A stretch of 64,000 nucleotides of DNA, taken from the NCBI GenBank assembly GCA_046346845.1, contig JAXMHH010000002.1, positions 426,747 through 490,746 of the forward strand, given 5' to 3'. Position numbers and translations under genes: made by a program. The notes under the pieces were generated by a model that was given only the letters and a program-made list of their open reading frames with translations, searched no databases and was not told where the DNA came from. The stretch comes from a bacterium (GTDB taxonomy: Bacteria; UBA10199; DSSB01). Positions 27,449 to 43,900 of this stretch are shown here, piece by piece (position 1 is the first letter of the stretch; each line of letters begins with the position of its first letter).

Positions 27449-28147
27449 ATGTTTTCCGTCCGCAGGGCCGAAGAGCGGGGCCACTTCGATCACGGCTGGC
27501 TCAACACCTATCACACCTTTTCCTTCGGCGATTATTTCGATCCCCATTTTATGGGCTTCCGCGACCTGCGGGTGATCAACGAGGACTATGTCCAACCCGG
27601 CAAGGGTTTTCCCACCCATCCCCACCGCGACATGGAGATCCTCACCTACGTCTTGGCCGGGGCCCTCGAGCACCGGGACAGCATGAGCAATGGCTCCGTC
27701 ATCAAGCCCGGCGAGGTCCAAAGGATGAGCGCGGGCACCGGCGTGACCCACAGCGAGTACAACGCCTCGACGGAGGACCTCGTCCACCTCTTGCAGATCT
27801 GGATACTGCCCAAGGCCAGGGGCCAGGTCCCCAGCTACGAGCAGAAGCAGTTCCTGCCCGAGCAAAAAAAGGGAAAGTGGCTGTTGGTGGCCTCGCCGAA
27901 TGGCGTCCAGGGCTCGGTGACCATCCATCAGGACGTCTATGTCCATGCCAGCCTGGTGGCGCCCAACGAGGAGCTCTTCTACCAGGTGAGGCCCGGTCGC
28001 CATGTCTGGGTGCAGGTGGCCCGCGGCGAGATCCAATTGAACGGCGAGCCCCTGAAGGCCGGGGATGGGGCGGCGTTGAGCGAGGTGGCGACCGTGGACG
28101 TGCAGGGGAAGCGGGACGCCGAGGTCCTGCTCTTCGAGTTGGCCTAG
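27449..28147 (+). CDS. yhhW: Pirin family protein
   Basis: [47 protein letters not shown]. Confidence 0.92.
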   Translation: MFSVRRAEERGHFDHGWLNTYHTFSFGDYFDPHFMGFRDLRVINEDYVQPGKGFPTHPHRDMEILTYVLAGALEHRDSMSNGSVIKPGEVQRMSAGTGVTHSEYNASTEDLVHLLQIWILPKARGQVPSYEQKQFLPEQKKGKWLLVASPNGVQGSVTIHQDVYVHASLVAPNEELFYQVRPGRHVWVQVARGEIQLNGEPLKAGDGAALSEVATVDVQGKRDAEVLLFELA

Positions 28148-29238
28148 ACGTTGAAGCGGAAATGCATGATGTCGCCGTCGCGGACGACGTAGTCCTTGCC
28201 CTCGAGGCGCAGCAGCCCCGCCTCTTTCACCGCCTGTTCCGACTTGTATTTCATGAGATCGTCGAAGTGATAGACCTCGGCGCGGATGAAGCCCTTTTCG
28301 AAGTCGCTGTGGATCACGCCGGCGGCCTGCGGTGCCTTCGCGCCCGTGGGGATAGTCCAGGCCCGGACCTCTTTTTCTCCGGCGGTGAAATAGGTCGAGA
28401 GATGCAGGAGCTTGTATCCGGCGCGGGCCATCCGGTCCAATCCGGATTCGTGCAGTCCCAAGTCTTCCAAGAAGGCCTTCTGTTCCGCCTCGGGGAGGTT
28501 GGAAATCTCGGCCTCGATGGCGCCGGAGAGCACGACGCAGGGCGCGCCTTCGCGCTCGGCGTGGGCGATGACTTTTTGCGCGGCCGGCCCTGGGTTGGCG
28601 GCCTCCGCCTCGTTGACGTTGGCCACGTACATGACGGGCTTGGCGGTCAGGAGGAAGAGCTCGCGCAGCGCCTCATTCTCTTTGTCGCTCAAGGCTATGC
28701 GGCGCACCGGAACGCCCTCGTTCAGGCCCGCTTGGACCTTCTTCAAGGCCTCCACCTCGGCGATCAGGTCTTTGTCGCCGCTCTTCGCGGCCTTGGCGCT
28801 GCGCTCCAGCCGCTTTTCGACGGTGGCGAGGTCGGCGAGCATCAGCTCGGTATCGATCACCTCGATGTCGCGGATCGGGTCGACGCTGCCCTCGACGTGG
28901 ACGACGTCGGGGTCCTCGAAACAACGCACGATGTGGGCGATGGCGTCGGTGTTCTTGATGTTGCCCAAAAATTGGTTGCCGAGCCCCTCGCCCTTGGAGG
29001 CCCCCTTCACCAGGCCGGCGATGTCGACGAACTCGACCGTGGTGGGGACCAGCTTTTGCGGCGGGATGTACTGGGCGATGCGCTGCAGGCGCTCGTCGGG
29101 GAGGGGCACGATGCCGACGTTCGGGTCGATGGTGCAGAAGGGATAATTCGCCGCCTGCGCCCCCGCGTGAGTCAGGGCGTTGAAGATGGTGGATTTGCCG
29201 ACGTTGGGGAGGCCGACGATGCCGCAGTTGAAGCCCAT
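28144..29238 (-). CDS. ychF: Redox-regulated ATPase YchF
   Basis: [46 protein letters not shown]-like tail [13 protein letters not shown]. Confidence 0.97.
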   Translation of the reverse strand: MGFNCGIVGLPNVGKSTIFNALTHAGAQAANYPFCTIDPNVGIVPLPDERLQRIAQYIPPQKLVPTTVEFVDIAGLVKGASKGEGLGNQFLGNIKNTDAIAHIVRCFEDPDVVHVEGSVDPIRDIEVIDTELMLADLATVEKRLERSAKAAKSGDKDLIAEVEALKKVQAGLNEGVPVRRIALSDKENEALRELFLLTAKPVMYVANVNEAEAANPGPAAQKVIAHAEREGAPCVVLSGAIEAEISNLPEAEQKAFLEDLGLHESGLDRMARAGYKLLHLSTYFTAGEKEVRAWTIPTGAKAPQAAGVIHSDFEKGFIRAEVYHFDDLMKYKSEQAVKEAGLLRLEGKDYVVRDGDIMHFRFNV

Positions 29239-29303
29239 AGTGAAAACCTTTTTAGCACAGGTTCTTTTCCGAGACGAGTTCTCGGGGTTATTCGGGGAGG
29301 AAA

Positions 29304-30323
29304 TTATTTCTTCCGCTGGATGACATAGTCGCTGAGCTTCAGGAGGGCCTCCTTGGCGGGGCTGTCCGGAAGGGATTGCAGGGAGTCGCGCGCCGCCGCG
29401 GAACGCTGCGCGGCGAGGCCCAGGGCGTAGTCGATCGCGCCGTATTTTTTCAGCACCTCGAGGACCTTGAGGAAGATGTCCCGCCTTGCGCTGATCGTGC
29501 CGTCACGGATGATCTCGCGCTCGGCGGGGGTGCAGCGTTCCAGGGCGTAGAGCAGGGGCAGGGTGATCTTGCCTTCCTTGAGGTCGACGCCCTTTTCCTT
29601 CCCGAACTCGGCCTCGACGCTGATGTAATCGAGCACGTCGTCGGCCAATTGGAAGGCGATGCCCAGGTGCATGCCGTAGTCGGTGAGGGCGCGCTCTTGG
29701 TCGGGCCCGGCCTTGGCGATGATCGCGCCCACCTGGGTCGAGCAGGCCATCAGCACGCCGGTCTTGAACTCGATGATCTTGAAGTACTCCGTCTCGCCGA
29801 GCCGGAGGTCGCGGGACTTGGTGATCTCGAGCACCTCGCCCTCGGTGGTGTTGGTGGTGGCGTCGGTGATGCTGCGCAGCACCTTCAGGTCGCCATCGCG
29901 GGCGATCAAGGAGGAGGCTTGGCAGTAGAGGAAGTCCCCCACCAGGACCGACATCTTATTGTCCCAGATTGCGTTGCAGGAGGGCCGCCCGCGCCGCAGC
30001 TGGGCGTTGTCGATGACGTCGTCGTGCAGCAGGGTGGCGGTATGGATGAACTCGATGGCCGTCGCCAGGGTCAGGACCCTCGGCCCCCGGTAGCCCAGGG
30101 CCTGGGCCGCCAGGATGCAGAGCATGGGCCGCAGCCGCTTGCCGCCGCTCATCACGATGTGCTCGGCGACCTGGGTCACGGTGGGGACGTGGCTTTGCAG
30201 GTTCTTTTGGATCTCGACTTCGACCAAGGCCAGCTCTTCGCGCAATTGCTGGGCGAGGACTTCTAGGGCATCACCCGAGAGTGGTTCGGAAGGCGAAGGG
30301 CTGGGGACCGGACGTGAAGACAT
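29304..30323 (-). CDS. ispB: Polyprenyl (octaprenyl-type) diphosphate synthase
   Basis: [19 protein letters not shown]...[19 protein letters not shown]. Confidence 0.9.
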   Translation of the reverse strand: MSSRPVPSPSPSEPLSGDALEVLAQQLREELALVEVEIQKNLQSHVPTVTQVAEHIVMSGGKRLRPMLCILAAQALGYRGPRVLTLATAIEFIHTATLLHDDVIDNAQLRRGRPSCNAIWDNKMSVLVGDFLYCQASSLIARDGDLKVLRSITDATTNTTEGEVLEITKSRDLRLGETEYFKIIEFKTGVLMACSTQVGAIIAKAGPDQERALTDYGMHLGIAFQLADDVLDYISVEAEFGKEKGVDLKEGKITLPLLYALERCTPAEREIIRDGTISARRDIFLKVLEVLKKYGAIDYALGLAAQRSAAARDSLQSLPDSPAKEALLKLSDYVIQRKK

Positions 30324-30460
30324 GCCAATGGGCTCGCGAAATTAGGTCGTTGGCCCGCCGGGATCGGCGGAGTTTACGGCGGGGGCCATATCCAGTAGGA
30401 TGGGCCCGCCGTTACCGTCCACAGGCGCTATCGAGCGCACGGAGGCTTGTCAAGGGAAGC

Positions 30461-31243
30461 ATGCTGACCATGCCCGCCAAGGCGATCCACACCGAATCCA
30501 TCCACCTGCCGGGTGGAGAGGCGGGGGTCTTGCTGCTGCATGGTTTCACCGCCACCCCGGATTCGATGCGCTATCTGGCCCAGGCCCTGAACCGGGGGAA
30601 ATTCACGGTCCTGGCCCCGGTATTGGCGGGACACGGCACTAAGGTGGAGCACCTCGAGCAGACCCAATGGCAGGATTGGTACCGCAGCGCGGAGGACGCC
30701 CTGCACGCCCTCCGGGCGGAGTGCCGGACGGTGATGGTGGCGGGGCTTTCGATGGGGGGACTGCTGGCCGCCCACCTGGCCTTTCACCACCGGCAGACGG
30801 TGCGGGCCCTGGCGCTCATGGCCACGCCCTTATTCTTGGACGGCTTCTTGATCCGAAGCGTCTTTCCCGCCGTCTGGAAGACCCCGCTCAAGCACTTCTA
30901 CAAATACCAGCCCAAGGGCATTGCCTCGATCAACGACCCGGCGGCGCGGCGCCGCTATCAGACCTACCACAAGGTGCCCGTGGTCTCGGTGGCCAGCATG
31001 CTCGAGCTCCAGCAGACGGTGCGGCAAGAGCTGAAGCACCTGCGTCAACCGGCGATCATCCTGCATTCCCTGCACGACGAGACCGTGCCCTACGGCAACC
31101 TCGATTACATCCAGGCGATCCTGCCTAGCGACGAGGTGGAGACGGTCACCCTCAAGAAGAGCAATCACATCATTACCCTGGATTACGAAAAAGACCTCGT
31201 TGCCAAGCGGGTGCTGCGTTTTTTCAAACGATTCCGGAAATGA
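30461..31243 (+). CDS. Alpha/beta-hydrolase carboxylesterase
   Basis: LLLHGFTA, LAGHGT, nucleophile elbow GLSMGG, HDETVP, SNHII. Start ATG 30461 or 30470. Confidence 0.88.
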   Translation: MLTMPAKAIHTESIHLPGGEAGVLLLHGFTATPDSMRYLAQALNRGKFTVLAPVLAGHGTKVEHLEQTQWQDWYRSAEDALHALRAECRTVMVAGLSMGGLLAAHLAFHHRQTVRALALMATPLFLDGFLIRSVFPAVWKTPLKHFYKYQPKGIASINDPAARRRYQTYHKVPVVSVASMLELQQTVRQELKHLRQPAIILHSLHDETVPYGNLDYIQAILPSDEVETVTLKKSNHIITLDYEKDLVAKRVLRFFKRFRK

Positions 31244-31278
31244 GGGGCGGGGAAAGATCTGCCCTGCTCGAGATCGAG

Positions 31279-31761
31279 TTAAAGCCCTCGTCGCTGCCTG
31301 CGCAGGAAAAGCGCTAGGGCGAGGCCCAGCCCCCACATTCCATAGTCGCGCGGCGCGCCGCTAGCCCAGGTATTGAGACTACAGCCCAATTTGCCGCTCC
31401 CTTCCAAAAAAGGCAGCCCCGGGTCGAAGTCTTGCTTGGGAGGGTCCTGGGGTTCGCCCGGCGGGGGCGTGACCGGAGGAGTGGGTTTTGGAGTCGGAGA
31501 GGGACTCGGACTCGGCGTCGGCACCTCTCCGCAGTCGCCGTAGGCGAAGCTTACCTGGCCGTGGCTCGGCACGGGAGGCGGGGTTGCGGGGCCAGGATCC
31601 GGCGCGGTGAAATCGCCGATCCCCGGCGGCGGCGGGGTGGGTTGCGGCCGCGGATGGAGCCAGGGGTCGCAGTGCGGCGGTAAATGGGCCGGAACCGCCC
31701 TGGCCTCCGGGAGGCCCCCAAGCCCGAGGGTCAAAAATAATATTCCTAAGATCGTTTTCAT
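31279..31761 (-). CDS. Secreted Pro-rich protein with MYXO-CTERM-like C-terminal sorting signal
   Basis: SD aaggag; signal peptide MKTILGILFLTLGLGGLPEARA; PT/PS repeats; tail GCS...WGLGLALALFLRRQRR. Confidence 0.72.
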   Translation of the reverse strand: MKTILGILFLTLGLGGLPEARAVPAHLPPHCDPWLHPRPQPTPPPPGIGDFTAPDPGPATPPPVPSHGQVSFAYGDCGEVPTPSPSPSPTPKPTPPVTPPPGEPQDPPKQDFDPGLPFLEGSGKLGCSLNTWASGAPRDYGMWGLGLALALFLRRQRRGL

Positions 31762-32008
31762 GCTCTCGCTCCTTGCCGAGATCGGCGCTGTTTCCATGCG
31801 GACGCTTGCCGCCCCCGGGGGCCCTGCCTCTGGATAGGGTCTCCGGGGGCGGGGACCGGCCAAGGCCGATCCCCTTGGGTTCATGTCTGGCCCCGCCAGC
31901 CCTGAAACCTCGTCTCAGGGCTCGGGGGGTTGGGGGTCTCCGGGGAGACCCCCAGGGTTCACGATATTTCCCACTCCAAGCGAGCGGGCTGTCTGGTTCC
32001 TTTCCAAA

Positions 32009-32025
32009 AGCAAGCGGGGGGCCAG
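32009..32025 (-). promoter_or_regulatory. Putative sigma54 promoter for the 31761 gene
   Basis: Minus strand reads CTGGCCCCCCGCTTGCT (GG-N10-GC with TTGCT). Confidence 0.55.
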
Positions 32026-32173
32026 GGGATTTTTTTGGAACGAGCTTTGCAAATGGTTGAAAAGGAAGGCGCTTTTTCGAGGGCTGAGAAAAGGATTGGA
32101 GACAAGGGACCTCGATCGCGGCTAAAATTCCGAGAAAATCGGAAATTTTCTGAAATGAGAAATTGGGAAGCCT

Positions 32174-37105
<4,932 letters not shown>

Positions 37106-37114
37106 GTGGCGGGT

Positions 37115-37414
37115 TTATTCCGCGCCTTTGAAAGTCTTCGGGCCGAGCAGGTCGGTGCCGTGAGGCGCTTCGGGATCGTCGGGCGGGGGCGCCGGGATGA
37201 AGGTGTCTTTGTAATCGGGCTCGTCGCCGGTGGGGATGCCGGGCTGGTGGTCCGCCCCCGGTTGGATGGTCGGCTGGCCTTGGCCCCCCACAGGTCCGCC
37301 CACGGGGTTGCCGGGGGCGCCCGGACCTTCCAAGACGGCGCTGCCTTGACCTGCGCAGGCGGAGAGCAGGCTTAAGGAAAATGCCAATAGGATGAATGTT
37401 GTTCTTATCTTCAC
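37115..37414 (-). CDS. Small Pro/Gly-rich lipoprotein
   Basis: GTG start, basic N-terminus, hydrophobic stretch, lipobox LSAC. Confidence 0.65.
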   Translation of the reverse strand: MKIRTTFILLAFSLSLLSACAGQGSAVLEGPGAPGNPVGGPVGGQGQPTIQPGADHQPGIPTGDEPDYKDTFIPAPPPDDPEAPHGTDLLGPKTFKGAE

Positions 37415-37681
37415 CTAGAGCCCCTTCAGACAGAAAATCGGCGCTTGGGCCTCGAAAGTTGTGCTCAGTATAACTCAGGGACCTGCCCCAGTAGAACCCC
37501 TAGACTTTGATGGGCCTAGGCCCCGTGTCCCTAGCTTGAAACGCCCTACCATGGATTCCGAGGGGAATGGGCCTTCCTCGCCCTGGGTAATAATTTTCCT
37601 AAGAGTTAAAAAAATAACCCATTCTATCGGAGTGTAAAATCGTAACTATTTATAATTTATAATTTATTTTTATTTATTTTT

Positions 37682-37697
37682 TGGCATTTGCCTTGCT
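37682..37697 (+). promoter_or_regulatory. Sigma54 promoter
   Basis: TGGCATTTGCCTTGCT, near consensus, directly downstream of an AT-rich tract (37645-37681). Confidence 0.75.
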
Positions 37698-37707
37698 TTT
37701 ATTTTTG

Positions 37708-37809
37708 GCAACCCCTCTGGGGGAAAAAAATAGAAGAGTCACCTGCTATCTCGATAGCAGGGGCTTGAACCACTAAGGCGGGGGCAGGGGCATGCTCCCG
37801 CCTCTTTTT
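37708..37809 (+). ncRNA. Candidate sigma54-dependent small RNA or attenuated leader
   Basis: Predicted +1 at 37708; hairpin CCTGCTATC-TC-GATAGCAGG (37742-37761); intrinsic terminator at 37776-37809. Confidence 0.45.
37776..37809 (+). terminator. Rho-independent terminator
   Basis: 11-bp stem aggcgggggca / tgctcccgcct (one G-U) followed by ctttttc. Confidence 0.7.
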
Positions 37810-37998
37810 CTCCGGAAACATCTCGTTCAACCTTGCAACGTAGAATTTTCGAAAAATCTTTTTCGCTCCTGGCAATCTCGAAACTATTTTTCGTGGTTCC
37901 CGATATTCTCTGGCCAATGCCCCTGGTTCGCTAGATCCCTCTGTCCGGTTCAATCCCCCGCGATGCCGAGTCTTAACAGGTGACCTTGAGAGGTCACC

Positions 37999-40900
37999 AT
38001 GCATCCAAGGATACCTAAACAAAGTTTTTTTGCCCCGGCGTTTTCCCCTAAGGAAAAGCAGGGGACTTTCCAAGAAGACTCTCTGGCCAGGGTCCCTTCA
38101 GGACCCTGGGAAGACCAATTTCAAAATAACTTCCAAACCACCCCAAAGTTTGAATCGCCTCGTCCTTCGGGACTCTGGAGGGCTGAAGGCGCAGCGCCTT
38201 CGCTGCAGACATCGCTTTCCGATCTCTTGCCCCAACTGAATGACTTGTCGCCGCGAGACGTCGCCATGGCGCTGGAAAACCTGCGGGCCTTGGGGGTCTA
38301 CCTAAGCTCGGAAAAATCCGGAGGCGAAATCGATGCGGCTGCCGAACTGTTCGGCGCCCTGGCCGCCTTCGCGGACGCCAGCAGCCATGGGGAGATCCGC
38401 GCACTGGCCCCGCTCTACGACGGATATCGCCTACTGGCTTTGGGGGATTTGGAGCCGGCGATCGCCCGCTTCCGTCGGGTTCAAGACATCCTCCCCGAGG
38501 CGAAGGCACTCGTCACCCATTGGGAAACCGACCAAAAAAGAGGATTCAATCTCCGTGTTTTGGAAGCTTGGGAGGAATTCTCTAGGGAAGGCGAGGCGAT
38601 CCAAAGCGACGAGGTGGAAGGTTTGCTCGGCAAGGCGCTGGTAGGGATCGACGGCTGGTTTCGCCAGGACGGCAAGACATTGGCCGACGACCTGCGTTCA
38701 AAGTTTCAGCTGGAAAGGGAGTTGCGCGAGGAACTGCGGCAAGGGCTTTACTCCGGCGCCTATTCTGATCTCCAGCAGGGGCTATCGGTGATCGCCCAAC
38801 AGGGTCCGGAGAAATTCCAGGCCCGGGCCCGAAAAATCTTGGCGGAGGCAAGGGAGCAGGACCATGCCGGGTCTTATTTGTTGGGGCACCTCATCGCCTA
38901 TACCGGGGAGACCGAGTCGAAAGGCAAATGGGAAGGGACCCTCTACGAAGAGACCGAGCAATTGCGCCTGCGTTACGGTGCCAAGGGCAGCGCCTGGCAA
39001 CTGTATGCCCTGCTTGGAGGCTCGGCCGCGGACGAAACGGTGCGAAAAAAATCCGCCAAGCAGGCCGAGGCGCTGTGGCGCGAGGCCCTCGGCCAGAAAA
39101 TCGAAAGGGAGATCGGAGAAATCTTGTGGGACGAGGTGCGCGCTATCGGCACCGACGATCTCCTACAGGTGGCCTTGATGGGTGGCGCCATCAAGGTGGG
39201 CAACAGCGCCCGCCTCGCCGGTCTGCAACTTTTGCAGAAGGCAGGGGTCACCGGATTTAAGGCCCTGCTCTTTGCGGGTGCCTCGGGTGCCTTTGCAGAA
39301 GCCAACGCCCTGTTAGGCCTCCAATTGGGGCAAGAAGTGCTACGGCACGACCCTCGGAAGGTGTTGACCCGGGAGCACCTCGCGAGGGCCTATGGTTCCA
39401 ATCTGATCATGATTTTTGGACTAAAGGGGGCCGGGGGAGCGGCCCCTGCGCTGGCGCCTCGTTTGGCGCGGGGCCTGGGTTTGACGACGGCGGAGGGCGC
39501 GCGTCTCTCCGGAGCTGGCGAACTGTTGGCTCAGGGAGCCGGGCACGGCGCGGGCCTCTCGGCCATGATCGCGACGGCCCAAGTCAATCAAGCCTTGGGT
39601 TGGCAGGCCTCGCCCCGTGGCGGCCTCCAAGAAAACGTCGTCCACGAGGTCTTCAATTATCTGAAATACGCCATCGCTCAGCGGGGCTTCGATCGGATGC
39701 TCGGCAAGGGTTGGGCGGAGCATGTCCAGCGTCAACACCGGGAGATCGCTATGCGCGAGGCGGAGCTATTAGGTGAGGCCCAGGTTGTGCAAGCCGGATA
39801 CGCCCTGGCTTCCAAAGATCCCGAAGGACGACCGCGCTTTGCGACCCAGACAGGACAGAGGCTCTTCGAGCAGTGGAGGTCGGTCCTGCTCAGCCGCTCT
39901 GGTTTCAACGGCGACAAATTGGCAACTCTCCTGGCGCGCGGCGAACGTGGCAAAGCGGAAAGCTATGCGTTGTCCTTCGGACTCAATTTGCAGTTCGAGG
40001 GGGGACGATTGGCGGGGCTTTCGGAAATACAGGGCCGATCCCAGGCGCCCGAAAAATCCCGAGGCACGGGCTCCTCCGCCTTCCGAAACTTCGCCGTCCA
40101 ACTTGCCTTGAGCCCCCTGACGTTTTTGGGCGTGATGGGGGGCGGGGCGGCCGGCTTTGGCGCTAGGTCGCGACGGAGCTTGTTGATTCAAAGTTCCCTT
40201 GGCGAGACTCGCGGCTTCGAGGTTCCCTTCCAAGCCAATTTTCATTCAGGTAAGGCCCTCGATTTTGCCCGCGACGGCGCGCGGTTTGGGATATTTTGCA
40301 AAGCCCTGGAGGAAATTTTGGTCCAGGGTGAGGAGGGGCGCGGAAACCTAAGGCTGAAGGGAAAAGTCGCGTCAGAGTTGCGGTTGAACCCCAAGCTCGC
40401 GGAAGAAATCCTGCAAGACAGCCTGCGCTTGGAATTGGAATTTGATTTCGACTCCGAGGAAATTCTTTCTCTGAAGGTTTGGAAAGGCGATCAACTGCGG
40501 AGAGAATTTCAAAAACCCCTCGAGACACCCGTAGTTCCAGCCGCGGAACCGGTTTCGCCGCTGGTGATCGAAGCGGTGATGAAGGAACCTGCGGCTCCAG
40601 CGCCGGAACCCGAGGTCTTAGCCGACCAGGCTTTTTCGGGCAACGAGTCGATCCTACCTCATATCCCATTTCCGAAGCGGCGGGGTGAACCCTTAAGCAC
40701 CCTGATAATTGCCCAACTTCAAGCCCACCCGGAGGGGCTTATGAGAACACATCTCCGTCGTCTGTTAAGTCGCAGCGGTCGCAATATCCAAAACGCCTTG
40801 GATACCTTGTTGGAACGGGGGGTGGTGGAGGGAGTGGGGTTGGATAGTTTTAGGCGGATTTATCGGCTAAAGACGCCGGCCCTTCCGATGCCGGAGACCA

Positions 40901-43900
40901 GCGAGGCCGCCTCTGCCCAAATTCCTTTAGCCCCTACCGTTACAGAGCCAACGGGGGCCTTGACGGAGCCTGATCTGACCGAGGAGATCGCGTCGGTTGC
41001 AGCGTCCAGCAGCTCCATCCCTCCTTCATCGCCTCCCGAGGCGAGGCCACTTGACCAGACCCCGCTGCCTCCGCCGGTCGAAATGCATCCCGACATTGCT
41101 GAAGACCCTCCCTCGGACAGTGAGCCGCCAAGCTCGGGCTCGGGTATCCCGGTGAAATCCACGCAATTTATGGAGGGAGATACCACTCAGCCCTTGGGTG
41201 TTAGCCCGACTTGGCCCTCGGCCGGTGTGGCTACCCCAAAATATCCGAAGGAAATCGTCTCGGAGGTCACCCTTCCCGAAGCGGTCAGCGACAGGTCCCT
41301 TCGGACGAGTATTACCTTGATTCCCGCCGAGGGCGAACGTGCCGGCCTGATGGGATTCGGCGACGCGGTCCGTCTCTTTTGCACTGCGCTTAGCTCTTCC
41401 GGGCAAGAGAACGGAAGGACCTTCCAGTTGCATTTGGTCTTTCCAAACCAGGAGCGCTGGGGCTTTCGAATCATGTTCGATCGCAAGGGATTTCCCCAAC
41501 TCGCCGATGAAGGGCTGGGGACTTGGTCCAAGGCCGAAGCTTCTCCGCCTCACGCCATCACCTTGTCGAAAGTAGCGGGATTCCAATTCCGCTTTCAGGC
41601 TTCCTACTCCAAAGACCGTCCTCCCTTGGCCTTCGATCTCCAGGCCGTTCAGAACCAATTCGGCAAAACGATCGGCCTGACCTTGCCATTGGTGCAACCC
41701 AAGTACGAGGGCCCAAGGAATGCCTTCATCGCTGTCCAGCAACCGGCTGCGCCGCAGGTGGAAGTCCTTGGCCAACAGGTCGTTTCTTCGAATACCATAG
41801 CCAAAAGCGACGGCATGAGGGTTCGGCATCAATTCCACCTCTCCAACGGAGATTTCGTCCAGCTGTTGGTCTATTCTTTACACCATGCCAAAGGCCGGAT
41901 GACGATCGAGGAGGCCAAATTGTTCCGGTTGGGAGAGGGCCCCGACCAGGCGATTCCTTTGACCGTCATCAGCGGAGGCAAGGATACCGGGGGGAAAAAC
42001 ACCCTGCTCCTAGAGGAGGGGTCCCTGGGTTTCCATTTGAAAATGGACCTCCAATCGCCAAAGGCGAGCTCCGGATGCTATGTGGAATTTTCCAATTTTC
42101 AGATGTCGAAGGATTACCGTGGGATTTGGGTCAAAGTCCTTCTGCCTGAGGTTGAGGCCGTGGATCGGCGCGTTTCCTCGCAACCTCCTCTTCTCCAAGA
42201 AGGAGAGCCGTCCAATGCGGTCGAGGCCTTGGAAGGGGAGATCTTCCAGGGCAACTTAAGGGCGGTTCGTGAAATGGGAGTCTTAGCCAGACAAGACTCC
42301 TCCGCTGCGGCTCGCCTCGTTGAATTGCATCAACTCATCGAGGACCCTACGGCCATTGGAAGCGGACCCGAGCTGCGAGTCGCCCTAATGGACGAAATCC
42401 TAGACCTGGCGGAGACCAGTCCAAAGGCTTTGGATTATTTAACCATATTGGACCAGGCCTCCGAACCGGAAGCGAGGGTCTCCCAGCGTCTCTTGGATAC
42501 GGCCTTGGGCAGATCCCAAAACGCGGGAAGCGCCTTCGAATATTTTCAGGTAGGGGCAGAAACGGAATCTCCCAGACACCTAATGGCGTTAGCGACCATC
42601 GCCTGCCAAGCCGAAAAAACCGATCTAAGGGAGATGGCCGCTGCAACCCTGGGTGATCTCACCTGGGTTCCACGTGTCGGGGGACCCCTGGATCAGGCCG
42701 GATTATCTCAAATCCATCGACTCGCCCAGTTTCAAGAGGGCGCGAATCGCGCCCTCCAAGATTTTATCGAAGCGAAGGATGGAGGAGGGACCCTTGCCGA
42801 ACTGTCCGCTATCCTCGACCTGGCCACTCAAAACGAGGAGCTAGGATGGGTCTATTGGGAAAAGTTGCGCTACCTCTGCGGCCACCAAGCCGGTTTTTTG
42901 GAAACAATAATGGCAAAGCATTCTGGCTTGCCCGAAGGGGAACCGAAGCGCCAACTCGAGAATTTTTTGCGAAACTACGATGTCAGTCAGGGAGCGGACA
43001 CGGATAATCGAATGGCCGTCGAGTTATTGGCGACCCGATTCGCAAATGAGGCGGCCGCCTCCCGATTGCAGGTTCTCCAAAACCGAGACGATGCATCCCA
43101 GCCGCCTCCGGCATCCGGGGAAATGCCCGAGGAATTTTTGGATGAAGATATTCAGGAGGGAGTTGGGGAGCTTGAGAAACCTCCCTTGGAAGGCGAGGGG
43201 GCTCTACAGGGCCAGCCTACTCAGTCCTACTGCTCCAGTCCCGCCGGATCCGCCGCCAGTGGTCCATTCTCAGAGGAAGTACGATGGTTGTTTAGTCACG
43301 GAAGGTTGGTTCAACAGTTGAGCAGGTATCCGCAGATTCGCGGTCCACTGAGCGCAGTGATAGTAAGGCTATTGCAAGAATATTCTGGGATATATCGCAC
43401 TGACATCGAGTGGTTTGTCTCTAGCGTGGTTGGCCCGGAAGGCCATAAGGTGCCCACCACCGAGGGCGAATGGTTCGAATCCTGGACGCGGTATTATGCC
43501 AAGTATCAATCCACGTTCGAGCACTTAGCGCGGGAGCTTAACTCCGCGATTATTGAATTAAGCGAACGAGGGGGAGGATTTGTCGATTTGGCGAGACGGG
43601 CCGGTGCCTTGAAAGACGACATCGTGGCGGAGGCCCCAAGGCTTTCTCTGGTAGAACGAAATAAAACCATCAAACAACTCCGCGAAATCGTTCGGGCAGG
43701 CGCCAAGATGGATTTAGAGCCCCTGGATCTATTGATTGGAGGCTTGGAAAAACTACGCCGTGGAGAAATGTTTCTCATAACGTTCAAGGCCCTTTATTTA
43801 AGCTATATGCCCGGTCCCCCGAAAAAGAACGCGATAGAGATCAAAGATGTAGAAATGCCTACCCGTGATGGAGACTTCCAAAGGGGGCAAAAGTTGCTTC

